DNA of 64,000 bases. Origin: Pseudomonadota bacterium (GTDB taxonomy: Bacteria; Pseudomonadota; Gammaproteobacteria; Burkholderiales; Thiobacillaceae). The notes beneath the pieces are model-generated. The model was not told the origin of the DNA, ran no database searches, and was given only the letters and a program-made list of their open reading frames with translations. Shown one piece after another: positions 32,630 to 41,000 of the stretch. Made by a program: the position numbers and the translations under genes. How positions within the stretch are numbered: the first letter of the stretch is position 1; each line of letters starts with the position of its first letter. The stretch is taken from the NCBI GenBank assembly GCA_021784115.1, contig JAJXTE010000003.1, forward strand, positions 1,731-65,730, written 5' to 3'.

Positions 32630-33025
32630 ATGATGAAACACCCATCGATGTTGGTTATTTCCCTCGGTCTGGCGCTGGGGGTTTCTGCACCGGCCCTGGC
32701 CCAGACGCAAGACAAGGCGCAGTCCCGCGACCAGACCCGCACCACCCAGCAGATACGCGATCAGGATCGTGAACGCATTTACGGGTCTGAACTGATGACA
32801 CGACAGGAGCGTATCGAGTATCACAATCGCATGCGCACGATGAAGACCGCTCAGGAGCGCGAGGCTTTCCGCGAGGAGCATCACAAGCAGATGCAGGAAC
32901 GCGCCAAAGCGCAGGGCAAGACCCTGCCCGATATGCCGCCAGCTGGCGGCATGGGGCCCGGTCCGGGGATGGGCCCCGGAATGGGGCCGGGTTCCGGGAT
33001 GGGACCCGGGGGTGGCCGCCGCTGA
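32630..33025 (+). CDS. periplasmic helical protein with C-terminal (GMGP)n tail, hypothetical
   Basis: GAGGAGA SD, signal peptide ending ALAQ, a charged helical region (MTRQERIEYHNRMRTMKTAQEREAFREEHHKQMQERAKAQ), then GGMGPGPGMGPGMGPGSGMGPGGG. Confidence 0.65.
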   Translation: MMKHPSMLVISLGLALGVSAPALAQTQDKAQSRDQTRTTQQIRDQDRERIYGSELMTRQERIEYHNRMRTMKTAQEREAFREEHHKQMQERAKAQGKTLPDMPPAGGMGPGPGMGPGMGPGSGMGPGGGRR

Positions 33026-33044
33026 ATGGCGACAGCCCGTGGGG

Positions 33045-34421
33045 TCAGGTCAGGCTGGCCGCTGCGTTGAAACGCAGCGTGGCGGCGAATCCATGGCCGC
33101 CATCCGCGCGCGGCAGTCCGTCACCCAGTTCAAGCTGCGCATGAGAAAGCGCAGCGATGCGGGCGACGATGGACAGGCCGAGGCCGCAGCCCTCACCCTC
33201 GACCTCGCCGCGCACAAACCGTGCGCTGAGTTGCGACCGCAGATCGGGCGCCACGCCCGGGCCGTCGTCTGCGACGGTGATTGCACACGCTGATCCGCTT
33301 CGTGCCAGGCGCACCTCGATACGCGCGCCTTCACCTGCATAGCGCACGGCATTGTCGACCAGGTTGCGAACCGCGACCTGCAACCATCCCGCGGTGACCT
33401 GGATGCTGCACCCCGGTGTCGCATCGACCACCAGCGTTTGCCGCTGGCGCTGCGCCTGCGGCAGCAGTTCTTCGCACACCGTGGTCACGGATTCGGCGGG
33501 ATCAAGCGGCGGGGGTGCGCTGCCCTGACTGGCCGGATCGACACGCGCCAGCGTCAGCAATTGCTCGACCAGATGCGTCATCCGGTCCACGCCCGCGATC
33601 ACCTGCGCCAGCGCGTGCTGCTGGCTGTCGGCCTTCTGCGCGCGCAGCGCAACCTGCGCCTGCACTTTCAGTGCGGCCAGCGGGGTGCGCAGCTCGTGCG
33701 CCGCATCCGCGGTGAAGCGGCGCTCGTTTTCAAACGCTTCGGTGACGCGCAGGATCAGCGCGTTGAGCGCCGTGCGCAGCGGCGCGATTTCCTCCGGCAG
33801 CGCGGGCGATGCGTCGAGCGGTGCCAGAGCCTGCGGATCCAGCGCCCCGACCTGCCGCGCCACGGCATCCACCGGCCGCAGGGTGCGGCCGACGCCCCAC
33901 CAGACCGCCAGCGCCATCAGCGGCAGCGCCAGCGCGCCAGGAATCAGCAGCGACAAGCCGATTTCCCGTGCCAGGCCTTCGCGGGCGGCGTGTGCCTGCC
34001 CCACCACGACCTGGTATTCCTCGTCGCCATCCTGCACCGCATAAAAGCGCCAGGGCGCGCCCTGGTAGCGGTGTTCGCTGAATCCCGGCGCCACGCCGGA
34101 CTCAAACCCCCCGTGACCCATGGACGTGACCAGACGCTGCATTTCCCCGCGCTTGCGGTGCCACACCTCGAATGCGATCGGCACCGGGTTGTGGCGGCTT
34201 TGATCCTGCAACTCTTCCACAAAATGCTCGACCTCACCGGCCGCCACGATCGCCAGCAGGGTATCGGCCACTTGCGTCAGCTGGGCGTCGAGCAGTTCGT
34301 CCGCTTCGTGGTGCGCGCGCTGGTAAACCACCAGCGCCGACAGCAGCCAGATCGCTGCCACCGACCCGGTGAGCAGCCACACCAGCCGCCGCCGCAGGGA
34401 ATACGACCGCGGCGGGCTCAT
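33045..34421 (-). CDS. sensor histidine kinase (QseC/PmrB-like)
   Basis: Two TM segments flank a periplasmic domain. H-box AHELRTPL and a C-terminal HATPase region (DDGPGV...GLGLSIV) are present. The start overlaps the response-regulator stop. Confidence 0.9.
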   Translation of the reverse strand: MSPPRSYSLRRRLVWLLTGSVAAIWLLSALVVYQRAHHEADELLDAQLTQVADTLLAIVAAGEVEHFVEELQDQSRHNPVPIAFEVWHRKRGEMQRLVTSMGHGGFESGVAPGFSEHRYQGAPWRFYAVQDGDEEYQVVVGQAHAAREGLAREIGLSLLIPGALALPLMALAVWWGVGRTLRPVDAVARQVGALDPQALAPLDASPALPEEIAPLRTALNALILRVTEAFENERRFTADAAHELRTPLAALKVQAQVALRAQKADSQQHALAQVIAGVDRMTHLVEQLLTLARVDPASQGSAPPPLDPAESVTTVCEELLPQAQRQRQTLVVDATPGCSIQVTAGWLQVAVRNLVDNAVRYAGEGARIEVRLARSGSACAITVADDGPGVAPDLRSQLSARFVRGEVEGEGCGLGLSIVARIAALSHAQLELGDGLPRADGGHGFAATLRFNAAASLT

Positions 34422-35089
34422 GGCGCGGGTGCGGCTGCCGACGCCGTGTAGCCGACGCCGCGCACGGTGCGGATCAGGTCGTTGCCGAGCTTCTTCCGCA
34501 GATGATGGATGTGGACTTCGAGCGTGTTGCTGTCGACCGTGTCGTTCCAGGTATAGAGCTGTTCTTCCAGGGTGCGCCGCGTCAGAACGCGGCCGTTGTT
34601 TTCCAGCAGGAGGTGCAACAGGTCGAATTCGCGCGGGGTCAGTTCGACGGCCTGGCCGGCGCGCGTCACGGTGCGTGCCGCCGGGTTGAGCTCGACCTCG
34701 CCCAGCGTGAGAACCGGCTCCGGGCGGCCATGAGCGCGGCGCACCAGCGCGCGCAGGCGGGCGGTAATCTCGTCGAGGTCGAATGGCTTCAGCACATAGT
34801 CGTCGGCGCCCAGATCGAGCCCGCGCACCTTGTCTTCCAGCTGGTCGCGCGCGGTCAGGATCAGTACAGGCGTCGCGTCATGGCGCGCGCGCAGCCATTG
34901 CAGCACCGACAGGCCGTCGCGTTTCGGCAGCCCCAGGTCGAGTACCACGGCCGCGAACGATTCGGTGGACAGCGCCGCCACCGCCGCCTCGCCATCGCGC
35001 AGCCAGTCGACGGCATAGCCCGCCTGCGTCAGCCCGGCCTGCAGGCCGTCGCCCAGCATGCGGTCGTCTTCCACCAACAATATGCGCAT
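34418..35089 (-). CDS. OmpR-family response regulator (QseB/PmrA-like)
   Basis: MRILLVEDDRMLGDGL...VVLDLGLPKRDG...ILTARD...GADDYVLKPF receiver domain plus a winged-helix C-terminus (LTPREFDLLHLL...IRTVRGVGY). Confidence 0.93.
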   Translation of the reverse strand: MRILLVEDDRMLGDGLQAGLTQAGYAVDWLRDGEAAVAALSTESFAAVVLDLGLPKRDGLSVLQWLRARHDATPVLILTARDQLEDKVRGLDLGADDYVLKPFDLDEITARLRALVRRAHGRPEPVLTLGEVELNPAARTVTRAGQAVELTPREFDLLHLLLENNGRVLTRRTLEEQLYTWNDTVDSNTLEVHIHHLRKKLGNDLIRTVRGVGYTASAAAPAP

Positions 35090-35113
35090 CGCTCCGGTTT
35101 CACCCTCGGGTCA

Positions 35114-35641
35114 TCATTTCGGAATCCTCACCGTGTCCTCGTCGAACACCCCCTGTTCCGCCTGTCGGTGGCAGGCGGCGCAGTTGGCGGCGGAGCCGAT
35201 CGACTTGCGGGACCAGGTCGCGCGCGACACCTCGTCGTGCTTGCGCACGAACCAGCGGGTTTCGGTGATGCGCAGCGGGGCTTCGTTCAGATTCACGCCC
35301 TGCATCACCCGACCGCCCATCCGGCTGTTGCCGCTGTCGGCGGCGTTGGCTTCCAGGAATCGCAGGATATCAGCCTGCGTGGCCGGATCAAGGCTGGCAT
35401 TCTCGCCGAAGTGCTGGTCGAGCCCGCCCATCAGCCGCCGCCACGAGGCCTTCGGCAGAAAGGCCGGTGCATAGGCGATATGGCAGCTGGCACACTCCTG
35501 TTGCCAGTTCTTGTGCGTCAGTTTCGGCAGCGCATGGCCGCCGCCGTCGCCACGCGCGTCGCCCGAAGGCAGCGAAAACGCCAGCACGCTGACCGCCCCG
35601 ACCGCTGCGACGACGCCGATGCCACGCAATAGATAATTCAT
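35114..35641 (-). CDS. diheme cytochrome c
   Basis: Signal peptide and two CxxCH heme motifs (CASCH, CAACH), 175 aa. Confidence 0.8.
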   Translation of the reverse strand: MNYLLRGIGVVAAVGAVSVLAFSLPSGDARGDGGGHALPKLTHKNWQQECASCHIAYAPAFLPKASWRRLMGGLDQHFGENASLDPATQADILRFLEANAADSGNSRMGGRVMQGVNLNEAPLRITETRWFVRKHDEVSRATWSRKSIGSAANCAACHRQAEQGVFDEDTVRIPK

Positions 35642-35651
35642 GGTGTGCTCC

Positions 35652-36065
35652 TTATTTGACCTGGCTCAGCCAGGCGATGAAATCGCCCTTTTCCTGCGCG
35701 CTGCATTCGCGTTGCAGGACATCCTGGCAATTGCGCCGAAACCATTTCTCGACTTTGGCGGCATCGGTGAAGCGTTGCGGATTCGCCGCCGGCGCCAGCG
35801 GCTCGATGCGTTTGCCGACGCGGGTACGCCCGACCTGGGTCGGATTGGCAGTATGGCAGCCGGCGCAGCTCACGGCCTGGCCATTGCGCCCCGCGTGCTC
35901 GGTTCGGTAGAGTGCCGCGCCGCGCGGGGCGGCCAAGGCCGAGACCGGCACGCCCGCCTGCTGCGCATACTGTGCCATCAGGCTGGCGGGGGAGTCGGCG
36001 GCGCCTGCCATGGCGGAGGCCATGCCCAGGATTGCCAGGCCGCTGCAAACCATGTGCTTAATCAT
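35652..36065 (-). CDS. DUF1924-type monoheme c-type cytochrome-like protein
   Basis: Signal peptide MIKHMVCSGLAILGMASAMA and a single CAGCH motif. The start overlaps the end of the cytochrome b gene (ATGATTAA). Confidence 0.75.
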   Translation of the reverse strand: MIKHMVCSGLAILGMASAMAGAADSPASLMAQYAQQAGVPVSALAAPRGAALYRTEHAGRNGQAVSCAGCHTANPTQVGRTRVGKRIEPLAPAANPQRFTDAAKVEKWFRRNCQDVLQRECSAQEKGDFIAWLSQVK

Positions 36066-36681
36066 GCTGCACCCCGCTTTCCATCTGATGGTATTGCTTG
36101 CCGGTGACCATGCTTTGCGCCACACGCTCGCCGCGCCACTGGTGAAACACCAGCGCAGTCAGATGCAGGCCGATGAAGCCGAGCAGCAGGACGAATCCGA
36201 CTTCGTGCGGCTCGCCCAGCACGTCCTCCAGCCACGCGGCATCTCCCAGCCAGCCGGCGAGGGGGCCGGCCTGAAACTCGCTGGCGGCCAGCCCCAGTCC
36301 GGTGATGACCATGAGCGCCATGACGCCGTAGGCGAACAGATACCCCAGGCTGGCGATCGGGTCGTGTCCTGCGCGATGCTTCGCGGGCAGACGCATGGTC
36401 GAGAGGCTGGCCTTCCAGACGGCCGGATGCCACACGTCGCGCCAGCGTGCACTGGCCGGTCCGACCACGCCCCACAGCAGGCGCGTCAGCAGGCCGGCCG
36501 TCAGGACGTAGCCGCTGAGAATATGCAGATTCCAGAAGGTCTTTTCATAGGGTCCGTGCTCGAACCATTCGGCCAGCTGGCTGGTGGCGATGAGCGAGAC
36601 GATCGCCAGCGCGATGGCCCAGTGAAGCACGCGCAGCAGGGGGTCGAACACGCGATGGGGGTGGGTAAGCGATTGGGTCAC
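36058..36681 (-). CDS. cytochrome b561-family membrane protein (Ni/Fe-hydrogenase b-type cytochrome fold)
   Basis: Four predicted TM helices. Conserved His residues are in the expected helices (LRVLHWAIA, NLHILSGY, FIGLHLTALVFH). Confidence 0.85.
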   Translation of the reverse strand: MTQSLTHPHRVFDPLLRVLHWAIALAIVSLIATSQLAEWFEHGPYEKTFWNLHILSGYVLTAGLLTRLLWGVVGPASARWRDVWHPAVWKASLSTMRLPAKHRAGHDPIASLGYLFAYGVMALMVITGLGLAASEFQAGPLAGWLGDAAWLEDVLGEPHEVGFVLLLGFIGLHLTALVFHQWRGERVAQSMVTGKQYHQMESGVQHD

Positions 36682-36726
36682 GGTGCGCTCCTTGAACAGG
36701 GTGTGAAGCGGACTCTACGTGTGCTA

Positions 36727-36745
36727 GCTTAGGAATAGCTTAAGA
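36727..36745. promoter_or_regulatory. PmrA-box-like direct repeat CTTAGG-N5-CTTAAG
   Basis: gCTTAGGaatagCTTAAGa lies 46-64 nt upstream of the cytochrome b561 start codon, in an otherwise GC-rich spacer. Confidence 0.5.
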
Positions 36746-36810
36746 CGGCGTTTTTCGACGGGCATGCCTCGGCGACGCCGCCGCTCGGGCTTGCACGGTA
36801 CGGGCCCGCG

Positions 36811-36829
36811 TCTTAAGACGGGCTTAAGA
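36811..36829. promoter_or_regulatory. PmrA-box-like direct repeat CTTAAG-N5-CTTAAG
   Basis: tCTTAAGacgggCTTAAGa lies 56-74 nt upstream of the cusB-like GTG. The first half sits in a 12-bp palindrome, CGTCTTAAGACG. Confidence 0.5.
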
Positions 36830-36884
36830 ATCGCCCGCCAGAATGCGCCCCCCATGCCGTCTAACAATTCCCCGGAGATCAAGC

Positions 36885-37925
36885 GTGATCACTCGAATCC
36901 TTTTAATGGCGCTGTTGGGTGCCACCCCCGCCTTTGCGGCTGACGTCCTGCCCCTGAGTGCTGCCCAGAAGAAAAACCTCGGCATCGACACCGTGGTCGC
37001 CGGCACGCAGGCCGCGAGTCCGGCGCTCAGCTACGCGGCGCGCGTCACGCTGCCGCCCGACAGCGTGCGCGTCGTCGCCGCGGCCGGTGCCGGCCTGGTC
37101 ACCCAGCTGCACGTGCAGGCGGGCGACACCGTCAAGCGCGGCGCGCCGCTCGTCACCCTCTCGATGCCGGGGCTGGCCGACGCGCAGAATGCCCTGACGC
37201 AGGCGCGGCTGAGGTCGCAACTGTCGGCCAGCAACGCCGCGCGCGATGAGCAACTGTTCAGCGAAGGCCTGATCGCCGAATCGCGTTTGCGCGCCACCCG
37301 TTCCGAAGCCCAGTCCGCACGCGCCGCCCTGACCGCGGCACAGGTTGCCCTGTCCCTGATGGGCACGGGCAAGGTGGCCGGCAGCGCCATCACGCTGACT
37401 GCGCCGATCGCCGGCGTGGTCACGGAAAGTCCCGCCGAGCCGGGCCAGCGCGTGGATGCCGGGTTGGCGCTGGTGAAGGTCGCGGACCTGTCGAGGCTGG
37501 CCCTGGAGATTCCGCTGTCGACGGCGCAGGCGCGTCAGGTGGCGGTCGGGCAATCCGTGACGGTGGCGGACAGCGGGGCCAGCGGGCGCGTCACCGCCCT
37601 GCTGCCCCAGCTCAGCGCGTCGCAAAGCGTGCTGGCGCGCGCCAGCCTGCGCGACCCACAAGGCCTGCTGCGCCCCGGCCAGTCGGTGCAGGTCGCCATC
37701 GCCGGCGTGCAGTCGGCGGAAACAGCAGTCGTGCCTGCCGCCGCGCTGGTATGGAAGGTCAACGTGCCCTACGTATTCGTCGAAACCCCGCAAGGTTTCG
37801 TGCCGACGCAGGTACGGCTGGTCCGCCAGAACGCGAGCGACGCCGAAGTCACCGGCCTCGCAGGCGGCAGCCGCGTCGCCGCCAAGGGTGTGGCGGCGCT
37901 CAAGGCGCAATGGCTGGGAGAGTGA
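36885..37925 (+). CDS. cusB: efflux RND periplasmic adaptor (CusB-like MFP)
   Basis: The GTG start after a GGAG SD gives signal peptide VITRILLMALLGATPAFA. HlyD/MFP-like architecture with lipoyl and beta-barrel segments. Confidence 0.82.
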   Translation: MITRILLMALLGATPAFAADVLPLSAAQKKNLGIDTVVAGTQAASPALSYAARVTLPPDSVRVVAAAGAGLVTQLHVQAGDTVKRGAPLVTLSMPGLADAQNALTQARLRSQLSASNAARDEQLFSEGLIAESRLRATRSEAQSARAALTAAQVALSLMGTGKVAGSAITLTAPIAGVVTESPAEPGQRVDAGLALVKVADLSRLALEIPLSTAQARQVAVGQSVTVADSGASGRVTALLPQLSASQSVLARASLRDPQGLLRPGQSVQVAIAGVQSAETAVVPAAALVWKVNVPYVFVETPQGFVPTQVRLVRQNASDAEVTGLAGGSRVAAKGVAALKAQWLGE

Positions 37926-37928
37926 GTC

Positions 37929-40900
37929 ATGATGAATAGCCTGATCGAAACCGCGCTGGCGCGACGGTGGTTCGTGCTCGCCCTGGCGGTGGCGCTGGCA
38001 GGGCTGGGCGTGCGCGCGTTCCAGCAGATCCCCATCGACGCCTTCCCCGACGTCTCGACCACCCAGGTCAAGCTGATCCTGAAGGCGCCGGGCATGACGC
38101 CGGAAGAGGTGGAGGCGCGCATCGCCCAGCCGGTTGAAACCGAACTGCTGGGTATTCCGAAGCAGACCATTCTGCGCAGCCTGTCTAAAAACGCGCTGGT
38201 CGACATTACAGTCGACTTTGCCGAAGGCACCGACATTTACTGGGCGCGCCAGCAAGTGGCGGAGCGCTTCGCCAACGCGAAGGGCGACCTGCCCGCCAAC
38301 GTGTCGGGCGGCCTGGCGCCGATTTCCACGCCGCTGTCCGAGCTGTTCATGTTCACCATCGAGGGACCGCTGTCGCTGGCGGAAAAGCGCACCCTGCTCG
38401 ACTGGACCGTGCGCCCGCAATTGCGAGCCCTGCCCGGCGTGGCCGACGTCAACTCGCTCGGCGGCCGCGTCGCGACGTTCTCGGTGAGCCCCGACCCGGC
38501 GGCGCTGGCCGCGCGCGGCGTCACCTATGACGAATTGCGCAGGGCGCTGGAAAGCAACACCCGCAATGACGGCGCGGGGCGCGTCAACGAAGGCGAGGAA
38601 ACCTGGGTGGTGCGCGTCAACGGCGGGGTCGCGAGCCTCGACGATTTGCGGCACATTGGCGTCAAGACGGTCAATGGCGTGGTCGTCACCGTCGGCGACG
38701 TCGCGCGCGTGGAGCTGGGCGAGATGACCCGCTACGGCGCGGTGACGCAAAACGGCCAGGGCGAGGCGGTGGAGGGCCTGGTGATCGGGCTGAAAGGCGT
38801 CAACGCGGGCGAACTGATCAAGAACGTCAAGTCCAAGATCGCCGAGATCCAGGCCACCCTGCCCAAGGGTGTGACGATCTCGACGTTCTACGACCGCGCG
38901 CAACTGGTCGACCGCGCTGTCGGGACGGTGAGCAAGGCGCTGCTGGAAGCGGCGGTGCTGGTGGTGATCCTGCTGTTGCTGTTTCTCGGCAATCTGCGCG
39001 CCGCCATCGTGGTGGCGTTGATCCTGCCGCTGTCGGTGCTGGCAACCTTCGTGCTGATGCGCCAGTTCGGGCTGTCGGCCAACCTGATGAGCCTCGGCGG
39101 GCTGGCCATCGCGATCGGCCTCCTGGTCGACGCGGCGGTCGTGGTGGTCGAGAACGTCGTCGCGCATCTGGCGCACGATCCGGAGAACACCAGCGAAACG
39201 CCGCTGCAACGCGTGCTGTGGGCGACGCAGGAAGTCGCCCGCCCGGTGACATCGGGCATCGCCATCATCGCGATCGTGTTCCTGCCGCTGCTGACGCTGC
39301 AAGGCCTGGAGGGCAAGCTGTTCGCGCCGGTCGCGCTGACGATCGTGTTCGCCCTGGCGGCGTCCCTGCTGCTGGCGCTCACCGTGATCCCGGTGCTGGC
39401 CTCGATGCTGCTGAAGCAGGGCGCGCACACCGATCCGTGGCTGCTGCGCAAGGCCCAGGGCCTCTACACGCCGCTGCTCGATCGCGCGCTGGCGCGGCCG
39501 AAACTCGTCTACTTCACGGCAGGCGCGCTGATGCTGGCGGCGGTCGGCGTCTATCCGCTGATCGGCAAGACGTTCATGCCGACCATGGACGAGGGCGACA
39601 TTCTGGTGCAGCTGGAGAAGCTGCCGTCGATCAGCCTGGAAGAAGCCGTCGCGCAGGATCTGCGGGTTCAGCAGGCGCTGCTGAAAAATGTGCCGGAAAT
39701 CCGCCGCATCGTCGCCCGCGCCGGCGCCGATGAACTCGGGCTCGACCCGATGGGGCTCAACGACACCGATTCCTTCCTGGTGCTGAAACCGATGGCCGAC
39801 TGGCGCCGCCCGGACAAGGAATGGCTGACCGGGGAAATCCGCAAGGTAGTCGACGGCTTCCCAGGCATCGCCTATACGTTCACCCAGCCGATCGACATGC
39901 GGGTATCGGAAATGCTCACCGGCTCGCGCGGCGATATTGCGATCAAGATTTTCGGTCCCGATCTCGCCACGCTCAACCGGCTGACCGGCGAGATTTTCAG
40001 CGTGGTCGAGAAAGTCCCCGGTGCGTCCGATGTCTACACCCAGCAGAACGCCGGCGTGCAGTATCTGCAGGCGGAAATCGACCGCAATGCCGCCGGTCGT
40101 TTCGGTCTGTCCGCCGACGACATCGCCATGCTGCTGCGCACGCAACTCGAGGGCGAAATCATCGGCACGATCCAGCAGCAGGGGCGGCGCGTGCCGCTGC
40201 AGCTGCGCGGCCCGGCCGACCTGCGCGCGTCGCCCGACGCACTGCAGGCGCTGCGCCTCACCCTGCCGGACGGCCGCGAAATCAGCCTCGATCAGGTGGC
40301 CCATCTCAAGCGCACCAACGGCCCCGTGGCGGTGAAGCGCGAAAACGCGGCACGCTTCACCGTGGTGCAGAGCAACGTCGCCGGTCGCGATCTGGTGAGC
40401 TTCGTCGAGGACGCGAAAGCGGCCGTCGCCGCGCAGGTCAAGCTGCCGCCCGGCTACAGCCTCACCTGGGGCGGCCAGTTCGAAAACCAGCAGCGCGCCG
40501 CGAAACGATTGATGATCGTGGTGCCGGTCGCGCTGCTGCTGATCGGCTTCCTCCTCTATGTCACCTTCGGCGACGCACGCCAGGCCCTGCTGGTGATGAT
40601 GAACGTGCCGCTGGCGCTGATCGGCGGCATCTTCGCGCTGGCGGCGTCGGGCGAGTACCTGTCGGTGCCCGCCTCGGTCGGCTTCATCGCGCTGCTGGGC
40701 ATCGCCGTGCTGAACGGGGTGGTGCTGGTCAGCCACTTCAACCAGTTGCGCAATCAGGGGATGCATGGCGACGCCGTGGTGCGCGACGGCGCGCTGCGGC
40801 GCCTGCGCCCGGTGCTGATGACCGCCAGCATCGCCGCCTTCGGTCTGGTGCCGTTGCTGTTTGCGACCGGGCCCGGTTCCGAAATCCAGCGACCGCTTGC

Positions 40901-41000
40901 CATCGTCGTGATCGGCGGTCTGGTCAGCGCCACATTGCTGACGCTGGTGATGCTGCCGCTGCTGTACAGACAATTCATCCTGAAAGGAGAGCGTGCATGA
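37929..41000 (+). CDS. cusA: CusA/CzcA-family heavy-metal efflux RND pump, CusA-like
   Basis: 1023 aa with 12 TM segments. The TM4 motif AIGLLVDAAVVVVEN is the monovalent (Cu/Ag) type rather than the divalent DFG..DGA type. Confidence 0.93.
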   Translation: MMNSLIETALARRWFVLALAVALAGLGVRAFQQIPIDAFPDVSTTQVKLILKAPGMTPEEVEARIAQPVETELLGIPKQTILRSLSKNALVDITVDFAEGTDIYWARQQVAERFANAKGDLPANVSGGLAPISTPLSELFMFTIEGPLSLAEKRTLLDWTVRPQLRALPGVADVNSLGGRVATFSVSPDPAALAARGVTYDELRRALESNTRNDGAGRVNEGEETWVVRVNGGVASLDDLRHIGVKTVNGVVVTVGDVARVELGEMTRYGAVTQNGQGEAVEGLVIGLKGVNAGELIKNVKSKIAEIQATLPKGVTISTFYDRAQLVDRAVGTVSKALLEAAVLVVILLLLFLGNLRAAIVVALILPLSVLATFVLMRQFGLSANLMSLGGLAIAIGLLVDAAVVVVENVVAHLAHDPENTSETPLQRVLWATQEVARPVTSGIAIIAIVFLPLLTLQGLEGKLFAPVALTIVFALAASLLLALTVIPVLASMLLKQGAHTDPWLLRKAQGLYTPLLDRALARPKLVYFTAGALMLAAVGVYPLIGKTFMPTMDEGDILVQLEKLPSISLEEAVAQDLRVQQALLKNVPEIRRIVARAGADELGLDPMGLNDTDSFLVLKPMADWRRPDKEWLTGEIRKVVDGFPGIAYTFTQPIDMRVSEMLTGSRGDIAIKIFGPDLATLNRLTGEIFSVVEKVPGASDVYTQQNAGVQYLQAEIDRNAAGRFGLSADDIAMLLRTQLEGEIIGTIQQQGRRVPLQLRGPADLRASPDALQALRLTLPDGREISLDQVAHLKRTNGPVAVKRENAARFTVVQSNVAGRDLVSFVEDAKAAVAAQVKLPPGYSLTWGGQFENQQRAAKRLMIVVPVALLLIGFLLYVTFGDARQALLVMMNVPLALIGGIFALAASGEYLSVPASVGFIALLGIAVLNGVVLVSHFNQLRNQGMHGDAVVRDGALRRLRPVLMTASIAAFGLVPLLFATGPGSEIQRPLAIVVIGGLVSATLLTLVMLPLLYRQFILKGERA

